A DNA stretch of 64,000 nucleotides from Macrostomum hystrix (taxonomy: Eukaryota > Animalia > Platyhelminthes). The translations under genes were made by a program, and so were the position numbers. Shown in pieces: positions 47,477 through 59,759 of the stretch. The stretch covers positions 1,984,001 through 2,048,000 of the forward strand of contig CATNEN010000010.1 of assembly GCA_950097015.1 (NCBI GenBank), in the 5' to 3' direction. The number at the start of each line of letters is the position of its first letter. The stretch's first letter is position 1. A model generated the notes under the pieces. The model was not told where the DNA came from and did not search any database. It worked only from the letters and a program-made list of their open reading frames with translations.

Positions 47477-49155
47477 TCAGAACCTCAGGTCCAGCATCGA
47501 CTGTGGCGGATTCGCCAACACTTCTCGCCGACGCGCCAGGCCCTCCAGAAGCCGCCGCCGAGGGCCCAGCGGCAGCCCGAGGTCTTGAAGGTCGGCCTCG
47601 GTGCACTGCACGAGCCCGTCGAGGTCCAGCCGCTCTCGAGTCAGCAGGTGATTGTACTCAGCTAGGCCCAGGCAGTCCAGGAATGTCTCCATGGCCGAAG
47701 GTTCTCCACCGTCGACGTTATCCAGCCCGTCCACGTCATAGTCCGGCGCAAGCGTGGCCACCTCCGGCTCTGTCCAGGGCATCTCGCGCCACGGCCGCAG
47801 CGTCAGGCTGGCCGAGGTGCCAATCGATTCGCCGCCAAGAGTTCTCGTCGGCGACGCCGGCGACAGCGGGTACAACAGATTTGGCGACTGGGGCAGCTGA
47901 GGCGATTGCGGAGACTGCGGCTGCGTCGCCTGCAGGAAGGTGACGTTGCCGAAGCCCGGCCGTTCAAACAGGCCAGGAACAGCGCCGCGGGAAGGCGCCT
48001 CCGCCGCCGCAGCCGACACCAGAGAGCGACTGTCAGCCGAGCGGGCGTAGAGAATGTCCACGTCCGCTGAGTTGCGTGGCGGCATTGGCGAAGGCGCCGA
48101 ACCGAAGAAGGCCGACGAATTGGCGCCGGCCGCAGTCGAGTTGGCGGACGGCGAGCCGGCGATGAATTTTGAGAACGGCTGCGCCGTGCGGTTGGTCCGC
48201 TCCAGCACCACGCTGACGCCGTCGGAAGCAGCGGCCGCCGATGCCGCAGACGGAGCCGTCGCGTGTCGATAATTCGGATTGGACGCCGTCGAATGGAGTC
48301 CACAAGAGTCGGTGCCTCCCTCCTTGGCCGAGCGCTTGTCTGCCTTCTTCATCAGCTTGTCCAGCTTCTTGGCCCGCTTCTGTGCGTCCAAGGCGGCCCG
48401 CTCGCGCAGCTTGGCGACCGTCCGCTTGTTCTGCTCCGCCTGCTGGCCGGCGATGCCGTCGAGGAAGTCGACGATTTCTTTGTGCTCACCCAGTGCGGCG
48501 AGATCCAGCGCTGAGTGGCAGTCGACATCCAGGCTCCAGATGTTGGCGCCGAAGTTCACGAGGTAGGTGACGCAGTTCATGTGGCCGTTCAGTGCGGCAA
48601 AGTGCAGCGCCGTGCTGCCCATGTGATCAGCGCGGTCCGGGTTCGCCCTGCGGATGTCGAAGCGAGCCTCTTGAGGTGGTGGCATAAAAATAGACATTTG
48701 GCTCGAATTAAAAATATGAATATTGGCAGGGGGCTGTGGGCATTGACGGATCATTTGGCGACAGTCGTATGCAACCAGCAATTCCGCCCATTCTGCCGAC
48801 TCCTCAGCACACACGCACACAGATAAGTAGGCTGCAGGTACGCACTCAAGCAGGTGTGTATATATCTTGAATTTCTCATCTTCAGGCAGTGTACACTCTC
48901 ACTCTGCTTTGCGATTTGGGCCCGAATTTTGCGTCAAGCCCACAAGCCTAAAATGCAGCTGCAGAAGAGCATGCTGCCTCACCCGCGGCCCATGAGGACC
49001 CGCAGTGCATCCAGGTGTCCGTAGAACGCGGCCCACATCACCGGCGTCATGTTGTTGTCATCGACTGCGTCGCATTCGCTGCGCGTCGCCTCGCGCAGCA
49101 AGTCCAGGTAATTGTCCTTGGCTGCCTGGTGAAACCGCTCCCGGTGCCGCGTCAT
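47477..49155 (-). CDS. USH1G: Sans/USH1G/ANKS4B orthologue (ankyrin repeats, central region, SAM domain)
   Basis: Exon 49155-48982 encodes MTRHRERFHQAAKDNYLDLLREATR..MTPVMWAAFYG. Exon 48647-47477 encodes NCVTYLVNFGANIWSLD, the central motif LFERPGFG, and the SAM domain ETFL..LDLDGLVQC..LGLPLGPRRRLL. Confidence 0.93.
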
Positions 49156-49319
49156 TCCGCCGCTTGCTGAGCAGCTGGACTGGATGGAGCAAGAACTCGA
49201 CTGAGTTGGATGCGGAGGTGGGGTGGGTGAGAGCGAAACCTGTGGCTGATTACGAGGGTCTGTTGAATAAGAAGATTTCAGGGGGCATAGGCTGTAGAGG
49301 CGGGTGTAGCGAATGTTGA

Positions 49320-49980
49320 TGAGGGTAAGGCGGGTGTAGAGGAGGGTGAAGCGGATGTAGTAGAGGGTGAAGCGGGTGCAGATAAGGGTGAAGCGGTTGT
49401 AAATGAGGGTGATGCGGATGTAGATGAGGGTGAAGCGGATAGGTGAAGCGGATATAGATGAGGGTGAAGCGGATATAGATGAGGGTGAAGCGGATATAGA
49501 TGAGGGTGAAGCGGGTGTAAATGAGGGTGAAGCGGATGTAGATGAGGGTGAAGCGGATGTAGATGAGGGTGAAGCGGATGTAGATGAGGGTGAAGCGGAT
49601 ATAGATGAGGGTGAAGCGGATATAGATGAGAGTGAAGCGGGTGTAAATGAAGGTGAAGCGGATGTAGATGAGGGTGAAGCGGATGTAGATGAGGGTGAAG
49701 CGGGTGTAGATGAGGGTGAAGCGGATGTAGATGAGGGTGAAGCGGGTGTAGATGAGGGTGAAGCGGATGTAGATGAGGGTGAAGCGGGTGTAAATGAGGG
49801 TGAAGCGGATGTAGATGAGGGTGAAGCGGATGTAGATGAGGGTGAAGCGGATGTAGATGAGGGTGAAGCGGGTGTAAATGAGGGTGAAGCGGGTGTAAAT
49901 GAGGGTGAAGCGGATGTAAATGAGGGTGAAGCGGGTGTAGTAGAGGGTGAAGCAGATGCAGATGAGGGTGAAGCGGATGT
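49320..49980. repeat. 21 bp minisatellite (gatgagggtgaagcggatgta) upstream of USH1G
   Basis: About 30 copies. Confidence 0.96.
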
Positions 49981-50449
49981 AGAGAGGAATGTAAACCAGG
50001 TCTTTCTTTAGTTTTGAATTTAATTTATTTCTTCAATATTTAAATTTGGCATATTACTCATATTCATTCAACTTTGAGCTCGGTCTGCTCACACTTGCTG
50101 TGTTTACTCTCAGTTAAGTTCAGTAAAAAATTTCTCATTGTTAGCAGTGGAAAGCATTCCGAGCGCTCATTCTACTCGTATTCCATTCTATCTATTCCAT
50201 TCTGCTTTTTCAACGTAGCTAAAAATAGATCGAGGCGATTTGCCTGGCACTAAATTCTGCCACCACATTTCAGATTCTAATTGGCATTCGAAGATAAAAA
50301 TATTAAAATTCGAATTATCGGCAAATTTTAATTACACGTCTGCGTTTTTTTTGGCGCGTCAGTGCCTGGTCTCCTCTCTCTCACTCTCTCCCTCTGCCTC
50401 ACACTCACTGCGTCTCACCCCCATTCTAACTCAAACTCTCAACCTCCCA

Positions 50450-50830
50450 CTCAGTCTCACTCAGTCTCACTCAGTCTCACTCAGTCTCACTCAGTCTCAC
50501 TCAATCCTCTCACTCAGTCTCACTCAGTCTCACTCAGTCTCACTCAGTCTCACTCAATCTCACTCAGTCTCACTCAATCCTCTCACTCAGTCTCCCTCAG
50601 TCTCACTCAGTCTCACTCAGTCTCACTCAGTCTCACTCAGTCTCACTAAGTCTCACTCAGTCTCACTCAGTCTCACTCAGTCTCACTCAGTCTCACTCAG
50701 TCTCACTCAATCCTCTCACTCAGTCTCACTCAGTCTCACTCAGTCTCACTCAGTCTCACTCAGTCTCACTCAGTCTCACTCAGTCTCACTCAGTCCCACT
50801 CAGTCTCACTCAGTCTCGCCCAGTCTCACT
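50450..50830. repeat. (ctcagtctca)n 10 bp repeat
   Basis: Direct reading. Confidence 0.97.
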
Positions 50831-52480
50831 CAATCCTTTCACTCAGTGCCTGTGCCAATGTCATTCTCCTTCCATCCCACTCCCATAGCCTCCATCTGAG
50901 TCTCTCTCCCCTGTCTCTCCTCCCGTCTCCTTCCTTAATCCAGTCGTCCACAGACAGCTCAGCAGTTGGTCAACAAACTCACCAATACGGTGGGTGACAG
51001 TCACCGTGAAGTTGCAGCTGGGCCTGTCCGAACAGCCAGGTGGTTGCCAGGTGAACTTATCTATTCCGGCTCGCACCCTGCTCGATAGTTCACTGAAATT
51101 CAGTCTGGAAAAAGGCTCCCTTTTTATTTGCCGAGGAGGGCAATAAAGCCAATGGCCCGCCCACCCGGCCTCACCGGTTGTCTCAGTTTCCGAGTGGCTT
51201 TCAGAGAATGGCGGCTTCGCAGGGCGGGTCTCTAAGTCTCGAGTACTCAGAGAGAAGGAATTTGCTTCTCAATTGCTGGCCCTGCGCGATGCGCTCAGAG
51301 TGTACTCATGCGCAGGACCAGCTCCTTAGTTGCAGACTTTGCTACTGAAGCATTGCATGCCAAGCTCAGTGAGAGCGGCTGTGTTTTTCTCGTCCACCGC
51401 AATGCAAAACAAGAACTGGGCTCGAAAACTGTGAGCGAATTCCATGCAGAAGCGAGACACGCGCGAGGCTTCGTCAAGTGGAAATCCGCACCGCTAGAAA
51501 AATGCGAAAATTATGGAAACACAAATACGAGCTACAATACAATTCGATTTCACACCGGCTCAACACTATTCCCGCTAGTAGAAAAAAGTCTGGCAAAAGC
51601 GGCGAATCTAAAAACTATAAAAGTTGGAGTTCTAAAAGAATTTTTTTTTAGCACAATAGTCCCTAAGGTATCCCTGGGTAGACAAGGTATCCCTAAGGTA
51701 TCCCTAAGGTATCCCTAGGTAGACAAGGTATCCCTAAGGTATCCCTAAGGTATCCCTAGGTAGAAAAGGTATCCCTAAGGTGTAACCCCGGGTACTCGGG
51801 TCTCCCTGGTAACAAATGGATGACTACCTTGCCAATAGATGACCCCCTACCTGCGGTCTTCACCCCCATCGCAGTTGATACCCCTTGACAGTTGACACAT
51901 CGCAGTTGATATTTCAAATGCTTCGCGACATGGTTTCATGAGGAAATTTTGTGAGCAGAAAAATTATGCCTATATTGGTGGTTTTTGCGACTAGACAAGA
52001 ATCGTTGAATATACCGACGATGCTTTGTGATTCTGGAAATTTCTTCATCGGATAAAGCGGAAAATTTTAGGACTCAACCGCAGGGACATCCAGGTGTAGA
52101 GAATGCGGAGCATTTCACCTTCCCTCGGCCAAAATCCGGACCTGTGCAATGTTTTCAGAAAAAAAACCGGCGGACGCAATTCTAAAACGAAAATATAAAT
52201 TTCGAAGCTGTTGTATGTTCTTATCGAATCTGGCGCAGGTGAAAACCGACAGAAATGCAGGAGTCGCCAGAATGCCAGGTGGTAAGCACTGACTTGTAAA
52301 AGCGAGTTTCGTTAAAGGCTTATCTCTGGCTGATCGCATGGCAACAGATAACACAGCAAGCAGGTGGCCACACAGCCAAACAAGCCGCTGGCCGAGCTAA
52401 TTTGTGAGCTGACAGAGCCAGCCAGACACAGGACCGGTTTTTCATAAAGTCAGGCTTCCCACCAAACAGACAGCGAGGCC

Positions 52481-55400
52481 ATGGACCAGCTCAGCATGCA
52501 GGAGAAGGTCCGCCGCCTCGAACAGGAGCTGCAGTTCCGCGTACCCGGCAGCTTCAGCATCGGCGCCGTCGGCGGAGGCTTCAACACCCGCGGCAGCTGC
52601 GAAGCGTTGAACTATCGGTCCGCCTATTACGGCGCGACCCCGGCTATGCAGTCGGCGGATCAGAGACAGGCGCGACTGCCGCCGCCGCCTCCGCCACCGT
52701 CAACACCCCGACAGTCGCTTGATATGCCATTTGAGCCCCCGCCTCTCTCACCGCAGCAGCAGCAGCAGCCGAGCCTGCTGTGCGTGAGCAACGTGGCGAG
52801 CATCCAGGATGAGCCATATCGAGCCAGCGATGAAGCAGCAGGCAGCTCAAGCCGGCTTGTCAGCCAGGTGTTCAGCGACTTCACAGAGGACGAGGAGAGC
52901 GACGGCGGAGGCGGCGGCGGCGACCGTAGGACGGAAAGTCCAGCTAGCGACTTCGAGGAGGTGCCGCTAGACGCAACCGACAGTGGCGGAGGCGGCATCC
53001 GCGGCGGCTGGCGTGGAGCTGCTGCGGCGGCGGCTGCGGTCATGTCGGGACGGTCAGCCGGTGGCAGCGCTGGCCGCTCAAAGAATTCAGCCCCTCCATC
53101 AGGCTCGGACGTGAGCGAGTACATCGATGTGAACATCAGCGACTCGAAGCACCCGCCAGCGGAGCTGCCGCCCCAGCCGAAAGGTCTGGCAGGCGACCGC
53201 TTGAAGCGGCGGAAGGTGTTCGAGAGCCTCCTAGCCACGGAGGCGTCTTACCTGGCGGCGCTGCGAGAACTGCTGGATGTTTACGAGCAGCCGCTGATGA
53301 ACCATCGACCCAAGCTGGTGCCGCGTCGGGCCACCCGGCTGATCTTCTACAAGGTCGGTTTGATGCCCGAATCTGACTTGCTGAACAAGAATCAGGGATA
53401 AGCCATTTATCAGCAGTGACGAAACCCGGAACTATTTTTAATTTTCTTTGCAGCTTAAAAACTTTCAGTGCAATTTAGTCAGAAAAAAAGAATAAATATT
53501 TTAGCTACTTAATTATCATAGTAGTATAAGCTGTATATAAAATGCTGTCAACCCGTAGGTGCGCGAGCTGCACCAGATCCACCGGATTCTGCAGATCTCC
53601 CTCCACGCCGCCGCTTTGTCCTGGGACTCGAACGAGCGCGTCGGCCACATCCTGTCAGCCTCGTTCTCAAAGAGCCTGGTGCTGAAGACCTACGCCGCCT
53701 TCATCAACACCTATCCGCGCGGCCTGGAGCTGGTCAGGCGCCAGCTGAAGGATAACGCGGCATTCGCCAGCTTCCTTGGCGCGGCCCAGAAGCGGAGTTC
53801 GCACAAGCTGCCCCTGCTGGGCATCCTGGTGCGACCAGTGCAGCGATTCCCCCAGCTGCTGCTGGTGGTCAAGGACCTGTTGAAGTACACGGAGCCGGAT
53901 CATCCGGACCGCTACGACCTGCTCTATGCTCAGACTCAAATTGAGCACCTGGCCAGTCAGCTGAATGACATCAAGCGGGACAGCGAGCAGCTCATCGCCG
54001 CCCGCCTGATGCTCCGTGCTCTGGGCGTGCACTCAAAATCCGCTTTGAAGAACTCGCGAATTCGCATTGTGCGCGAGGACGATGTCAGCGAGCTTCGTGC
54101 TGATCAGCAGCAGCAGCAGCAGCATCAGGGAGGCACCAGACTCATTCTCACCACCTATTACGTGCTTTGCACCTGCGCCAAAAAGCGTGGCGGGCCGCAC
54201 GAGCTTCTCTGGTACGCAAAGCTGGAGGATGTGCGACTGTCGGGCACCTCTCTGACGCCGGATATGAAGGTGAGCGGTACAGGTGCAATCAAGAACCTTC
54301 AGGTGCAATCAAGAATCTTCAGGTGCAATCAAGAATCTTTAGGTGCAGTCTAGAACCTTCAGGTGCAGTCTAGAACCTTCAGGTGCAATCTAGAACCTTC
54401 AGGTGCAGTCTAGAACCTTCAGGTGCAGTCTAGAACCTTAAGGTGCAGTCTAGAACCTTCAGGTGCAGTCTAGAACCTTCAGGTGCAGTCTAGAACCTTC
54501 AGGTGCAGTCTAGAGTGAAAAATCCTCATGTAGACTGATGTAATTTGATGTGAAAATTCATTTAGAAAATATCAATACTCCCTCACCCCACCCTCTGCGC
54601 GACAGGTCAACCTGGAGGAGGTGAGTAGCTACCTGCGCATCGTGTCCCAGCGCAACTCGGAGGTTCCCGAAGAGCTAGAGGAGATCTACAACAGCCTGCA
54701 CAACCTGCTGCACGATCACGCGGTCCTGGTGAAGATCCTCAGCCTGGTGTCCTCACTGAACTTCATCTACCCGGACGTGCGGGAAGACCGGCTGCAAGCC
54801 CTCCTGACCAACATGCAGGTGGCCATTCAGCAGAAGAATGAGGAGCTGCGGGTGGCGCAGGGCACCGTGCTGGCTCTCACAGTGAGGCGCGGCAACATGG
54901 GCGGCGGCAGCGAGCTGGCGCAGGTCTCGGCGAGCCGGAAGGCGTTCGAAATGCGCAACTGCCGGGCCAGGGACGACTGGACAAGCGAGTTCACCATCCT
55001 GCGCCTGGCCCTGCAGCCCGAGAACAACGCGGCCTGGATCACGGAGACCCTGGACGATCTGGGTCTGCAGGCGCATCAGCGAACACCGCTGCTGGTGGGC
55101 GTGAAGGAGTGCGACCTCAGCAGGGCGAACTTCCAGGTTAGTCAACTGTGTCAGTGGGTGTCTCAGCTGGGACAGCGAGTGCCTCAGTAGCAAATTCCTG
55201 TCCCAACCACAGGTGACCAGCGCCACCCCGGTGTGCCTGCTGAACGGCAGCATCCTGAAGACGCACATCTGGTGTGGGGCCAGCGATGGCAGCGTGGCGG
55301 TGTTCTCCCTTTACAACCAGAGCCTGGACATGACGGAGACTTTCCGGCCAGTCGACGCCTACGTGACCGCGCTTGCCGTGGTACCCGGCTGTCCGTCCTC

Positions 55401-56835
55401 TAGCCAGAACAAGGAGGACGAGGTGTGGATGGCTACTGACACCGCCGAGATATTTCTGCACAGCACCGTCGAGTCCAAGCGAAGGGAGCCGCGCAAGAAG
55501 GTGGACGTGCCCGCCACGGTGACCAGCATGCTGTGCTGGGACAAGTCCATATTCTGCGGAGATGTAAACGGCAACCTGCTCTGCTTCAACCAGAACTTGC
55601 TGGGCAACTGGAACCTGCAGGATCCGGAGCTGCAGAGTGTCGCGGACTGGCCGCTGCGGAATCTGACTGTCAGCCAGGACGGCAGGCAGCTGCTGATGAG
55701 CAGCGGGCCTTTCATCATCGTACTAGAGCTGGAGAGCCTCAAGGAGCTCAGCCGCACGGACCTGTCGTTAGAGGACCAGGATGACAATGACGAGGCTACA
55801 ACAATGGGCGGCAAGGACGGAGGACAAGTGCGCAGCTTCCTGCTAGCCGGCGAGGGCCTCTGGGTTTGCTTCGAGAACCGGCCGTACGTGCGTCTGTACT
55901 ACCGTCCCGACATGCGCCTCGTGCAGACCTTCGACATTCGGCCGGCCTTCGCCAAGGTCAACGCCAAGACGCGCCGCCATCCGGAGGGCACAGTGCCGGC
56001 CGCCACTGCGGTGACAGTCACTCGCGGCCTGCTGTGGGTCGGAACCTCCGTCGGCCTGCTCTACCTGCTGCGGACCCCGCGACTGGACGGTGGAGTCCCC
56101 GTGGCGTTTGGGCCGCCGCTCATCTGCTGCCACTCGCACCGCGGCCCCATCACGGCGCTGCTGACCTACCGGAACATCAAGGACACTGTCGTGTCCACCG
56201 TCACCTTCGACGAGCCGGAGGAAGCCGCCGGAGCAGCGGCCGCGCCAGGCGTGGCAGTGGCTTCAGACGCCGAGTCTTCGGGCGGTCTGGACAGTTCGGG
56301 ATCGACAAGCGGACTCTACCGGCTGAAGATGGTGGTCGACGAGGCAGAGGCGGCCGATGCAGCCGACGCTTCGGCAGCCGAAGCGGCTGCCGCGGTGCTC
56401 CGCCGCAAGTCCACAGCCATCGCCCGTATGTCTGTGGCGCCAAACATGCAGCGCTGGGCCTCGAATCCCAACCTGCTGATCACGGAGAGCCTTCGGAGTC
56501 AGCATTTGCAGGAGACGGACATGCGGAAGCTCTACGGCTCGCTGCTGCAGCTCGACTCCGGCCGGGCGATGATCGACATCGAGTTCGGCGACGATGCCGA
56601 AGCTGCGGAGAACACCGAGCAGACAAATTCGGGCCACGCTGAACACCTCAGTGACATCGAGGAAGAAGACGTCGGCGATGGGAAGGAAGCGACGACAGCG
56701 GCGGCCGCCCCCATCGGTCGCGTTGGGCCAGAGATCGTTGTGTCCTTCGGCCCCGGCTACCGAGACCTGCTGCGCCGGCCGCAGTGCACCGGGGAGGAGG
56801 GCGCCAGCCTCATGGCGTTCTACGCAGTGTCCTAG
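52481..56835 (+). CDS. ARHGEF10: ARHGEF10/10L-like Rho guanine nucleotide exchange factor (DH, PH-like, beta-propeller)
   Basis: Exons 52481-53353, 53559-54269, 54606-55136 and 55213-56835, all phase 0. DH motifs ATEASYL, SFSKSLVL and LVRPVQRFPQLLLVVKDLLKYT..HPDR; C-terminal WD-like strands (IWCG, VWMAT, LWVGTSVG, CHSHRGPI). Confidence 0.92.
54281..54515. repeat. 20 bp intronic minisatellite (aggtgcagtctagaaccttc)
   Basis: About 11 copies starting ~12 bp after the donor at 54270. Confidence 0.96.
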
Positions 56836-57114
56836 AAGACTCCATGCCAATGAAACTGCTTCTGCTGAATGTTGAAACCGTTAAACACTCGATCAACTAT
56901 CCAGCATGAAACCTGTGGCACAAGCATCCAGTCTTTGTCTTAAACAAATTTCCCATTTTTATACTGACCAAAAAAATGATATATTTTACTGAAATAAGTA
57001 CACTGTCTTAAAGACTAATATTTCGACAAAGGGAGATTACCAATAATTGACAACTGTTTGATTAATAACTAATTGCAGCAAGTAAGGCTGTCAAAGGATA
57101 ACTTTTAAGGACTC

Positions 57115-57865
57115 CAGCTGTGTCAGTGAGTGCCTCAGCTGTGTCAGCGAGTGCCTCAGCTGTGTCAGTGAGTGTCTCAGCTGTGTCAGTGAGTGTCTCA
57201 GCCGTGCCAGTGAGTGTCTCAGCTGTGTCAGCGAGTGTCTCAGCTGTGTCAGTCAGTGCCTCACCTGTGTCAGCGAGTGTCTCAGCTGTGTCAGTGAGTG
57301 TCTCAGCTGTGTCAGTGAGTGTCTCAGCTATGTCAGTGAGTGTCTCAGCTGTGTCAGTGAGTGTCTCAGCTGTGTCAGTGAGTGTCTCAGCTGTGTCAGT
57401 GAGTGTCTCAGCTGTGTCAGTGAGTGTCTCAGCTGTGTCAGTGAGTGTCTCAGCTGTGTCAGTGAGTGTCTCAGCTGTGTCAGTGAGTGTCTCAGCTGTG
57501 TCAGTGAGTGTCTCAGCTGTGTCAGTGAGTGTCTCAGCTGTGTCAGTGAGTGTCTCAGCTGTGTCAGCGAGTGTCAGCGAGTGTCTCAGCTGTGTCAGTG
57601 AGTGTCTCAGCTGTGTCAGCGAGTGTCAGCGAGTGTCTCAGCTGTGTCAGTGAGTGTCTCAGCTGTGTCAGCGAGTGTCTCAGCTGTGTCAGTGAGTGTC
57701 TCAGCTGTGTCAGTGAGTGTCTCAGCTGTGTCAGTGTGTGTCTCAGCTGTGTCAGTGAGTGTCTCAGCTGTGTCAGTGAGTGTCTCAGCTGTGTCAGTGA
57801 GTGTCTCAGCTGTGTCAGTGAGTGTCTCAGCTGTGTCAGTGAGTGTCTCAGCTGTGTCAGTGAGT
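57115..57865. repeat. 21 bp minisatellite (gtgtcagtgagtgtctcagct)
   Basis: About 35 copies. Confidence 0.98.
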
Positions 57866-58569
57866 GCAATTGCTGATCGCAAAATGAACAGTACGCAGTG
57901 AGTCCGGCAGAGTTACGCAGCTCGCAAACCAGGGCAGCTTACTAAGACAGGACTGGAGCCTGTGTTGCCGCTAAATCAGTAGTATAGATCAGTAGTAGTA
58001 TATATTCGCCAGTTAGGGCTTGAAATAAGCCAACAAAAAACGGCTGCATGACAATGAAACCACAGGAACAAGCACAGAGGAACAGGTAAGCAGCATAAAA
58101 ATAGGCTAATAAATAAGCACTTCATACGGAGCTTGTGGGCAGCGCGGGTCACTAATGTTTGTTACGAAGCGAATAATTTTTCAAGTGCGACAAAAAAGTG
58201 AAAAAGTAACAGAACAGAATTCGAAGAAAAAAAACGACAGCTGCTTTGTACATCCGGAGTGCGCAAACGGACAACAGTCATAACTAGATCAATAAGGTAA
58301 TTGAAGCCATGGGGAACAGCATTGTGATTCGCTTGGACTAGTTAAACAATTAATGAGTTTGTAAACATTGTAATGACTAATTGCTAGTAGTGTAATTAAC
58401 TGACGCAATTGTGCTCGCAAAGTATAATTAGCCGGTGAGCTATTTATCTACAGGAAAAGGGCTTTGGAGCAGCCACACGGGAATGCTGGCTTGGAGTAGT
58501 ACTAGTAAAAATATCATAGTGCAGATGTATAGCAGAATAGCAGCTGGGGCGCACTCAAACACGGATGCA

Positions 58570-59525
58570 GGGGATATTGGGAGATGCAGATGGAGATGCA
58601 GGGAGTTGCAGATGGAGATGCAGGGAGTTGCAGATGGAGATGCAGGGAGTTGCAGATGGAGATGCAGGGAGTTGCAGATGGAGATGCAGGGAGTTGCAGA
58701 TGGAGATACAGGGAGATGCAGATGGAGATACAGGGAGATGCAGATGGAGATGCAGGGAGTTGCAGATGGAGATGCAGGGAGTTGCAGATGGAGATGCAGA
58801 TGGAGATGCAGATGGAGATGCAGGGAGTTGCAGATGGAGATGCAGATGGAGATGCAGGGAGTTGCAGATGGAGATACAGGGAGATGCAGGGAGTTGCAGA
58901 TGGAGATACAGGGAGATGCAGGGAGTTGCAGATGGAGATGCAGGGAGTTGCAGATGGAGATGCAGGGAGTTGCAGATGGAGATGCAGGGAGTTGCAGATG
59001 GAGATGCAGGGAGTTGCAGATGGAGATGCAGGGAGTTGCAGATGGAGATACAGGGAGATGCAGATGGAGATACAGGGAGATGCAGATGGAGATGCAGGGA
59101 GTTGCAGATGGAGATGCAGGGAGTTGCAGATGGAGATGCAGATGGAGATGCAGATGGAGATGCAGGGAGTTGCAGATGGAGATGCAGATGGAGATGCAGG
59201 GAGTTGCAGATGGAGATACAGGGAGATGCAGGGAGTTGCAGATGGAGATACAGGGAGATGCAGGGAGTTGCAGATGGAGATGCAGGGAGTTGCAGATGGA
59301 GATGCAGGGAGTTGCAGATGGAGATGCAGGGAGTTGCAGATGGAGATGCAGGGAGTTGCAGATGGAGCTGCAGGGAGTTGCAGATGGAGATGCAGGGAGT
59401 TGCAGATGGAGATACAGGGAGATGCAGATGGAGATGCAGGGAGTTGCAGATGGAGCTGCAGGGAGTTGCAGATGGAGATGCAGGGAGTTGCAGATGGAGC
59501 TGCAGGGAGTTGCAGATGGAGATGC
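58570..59525. repeat. 22 bp minisatellite (gcagatggagatgcagggagtt) with a 342 bp higher-order repeat
   Basis: The variant block at 58701 recurs at 59043. Confidence 0.97.
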
Positions 59526-59759
59526 TAAACTAATGATTAGTTTGACTTGCGCATGCTACAACAAGCAAGGAATTATCGGGCTTTCGAATACAAGAAAATA
59601 ATGTAAATAAAACAGGCTTTTAGCCGCAAACGACGGAAAACTCAGAGAGATATTTTTTTACAAAAAAGTTGGGAGCAAAATAAAGTCGTTGACTATAGGA
59701 CACACTCAGCTTATTGTAATAGACGGTCAAGTAGTCGCAGGTGTAAATGGACTGACCAA

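Noticed and set aside
49424-50011. 195 aa acidic DEGEADV heptad ORF
   Set aside because: Coincides exactly with a 21 bp array upstream of USH1G; it has no unique flanking coding sequence or splice context.
52644-56850. Antisense and alternate-frame ORFs overlapping ARHGEF10, USH1G and AGO exons
   Set aside because: Shadow ORFs expected from GC-rich codon usage on the opposite strand.
57120-59601. VSAVS, ECLSCVS and MEMQGVADG repeat ORFs
   Set aside because: 21 bp and 22 bp arrays between the convergent ARHGEF10 and AGO 3' ends.
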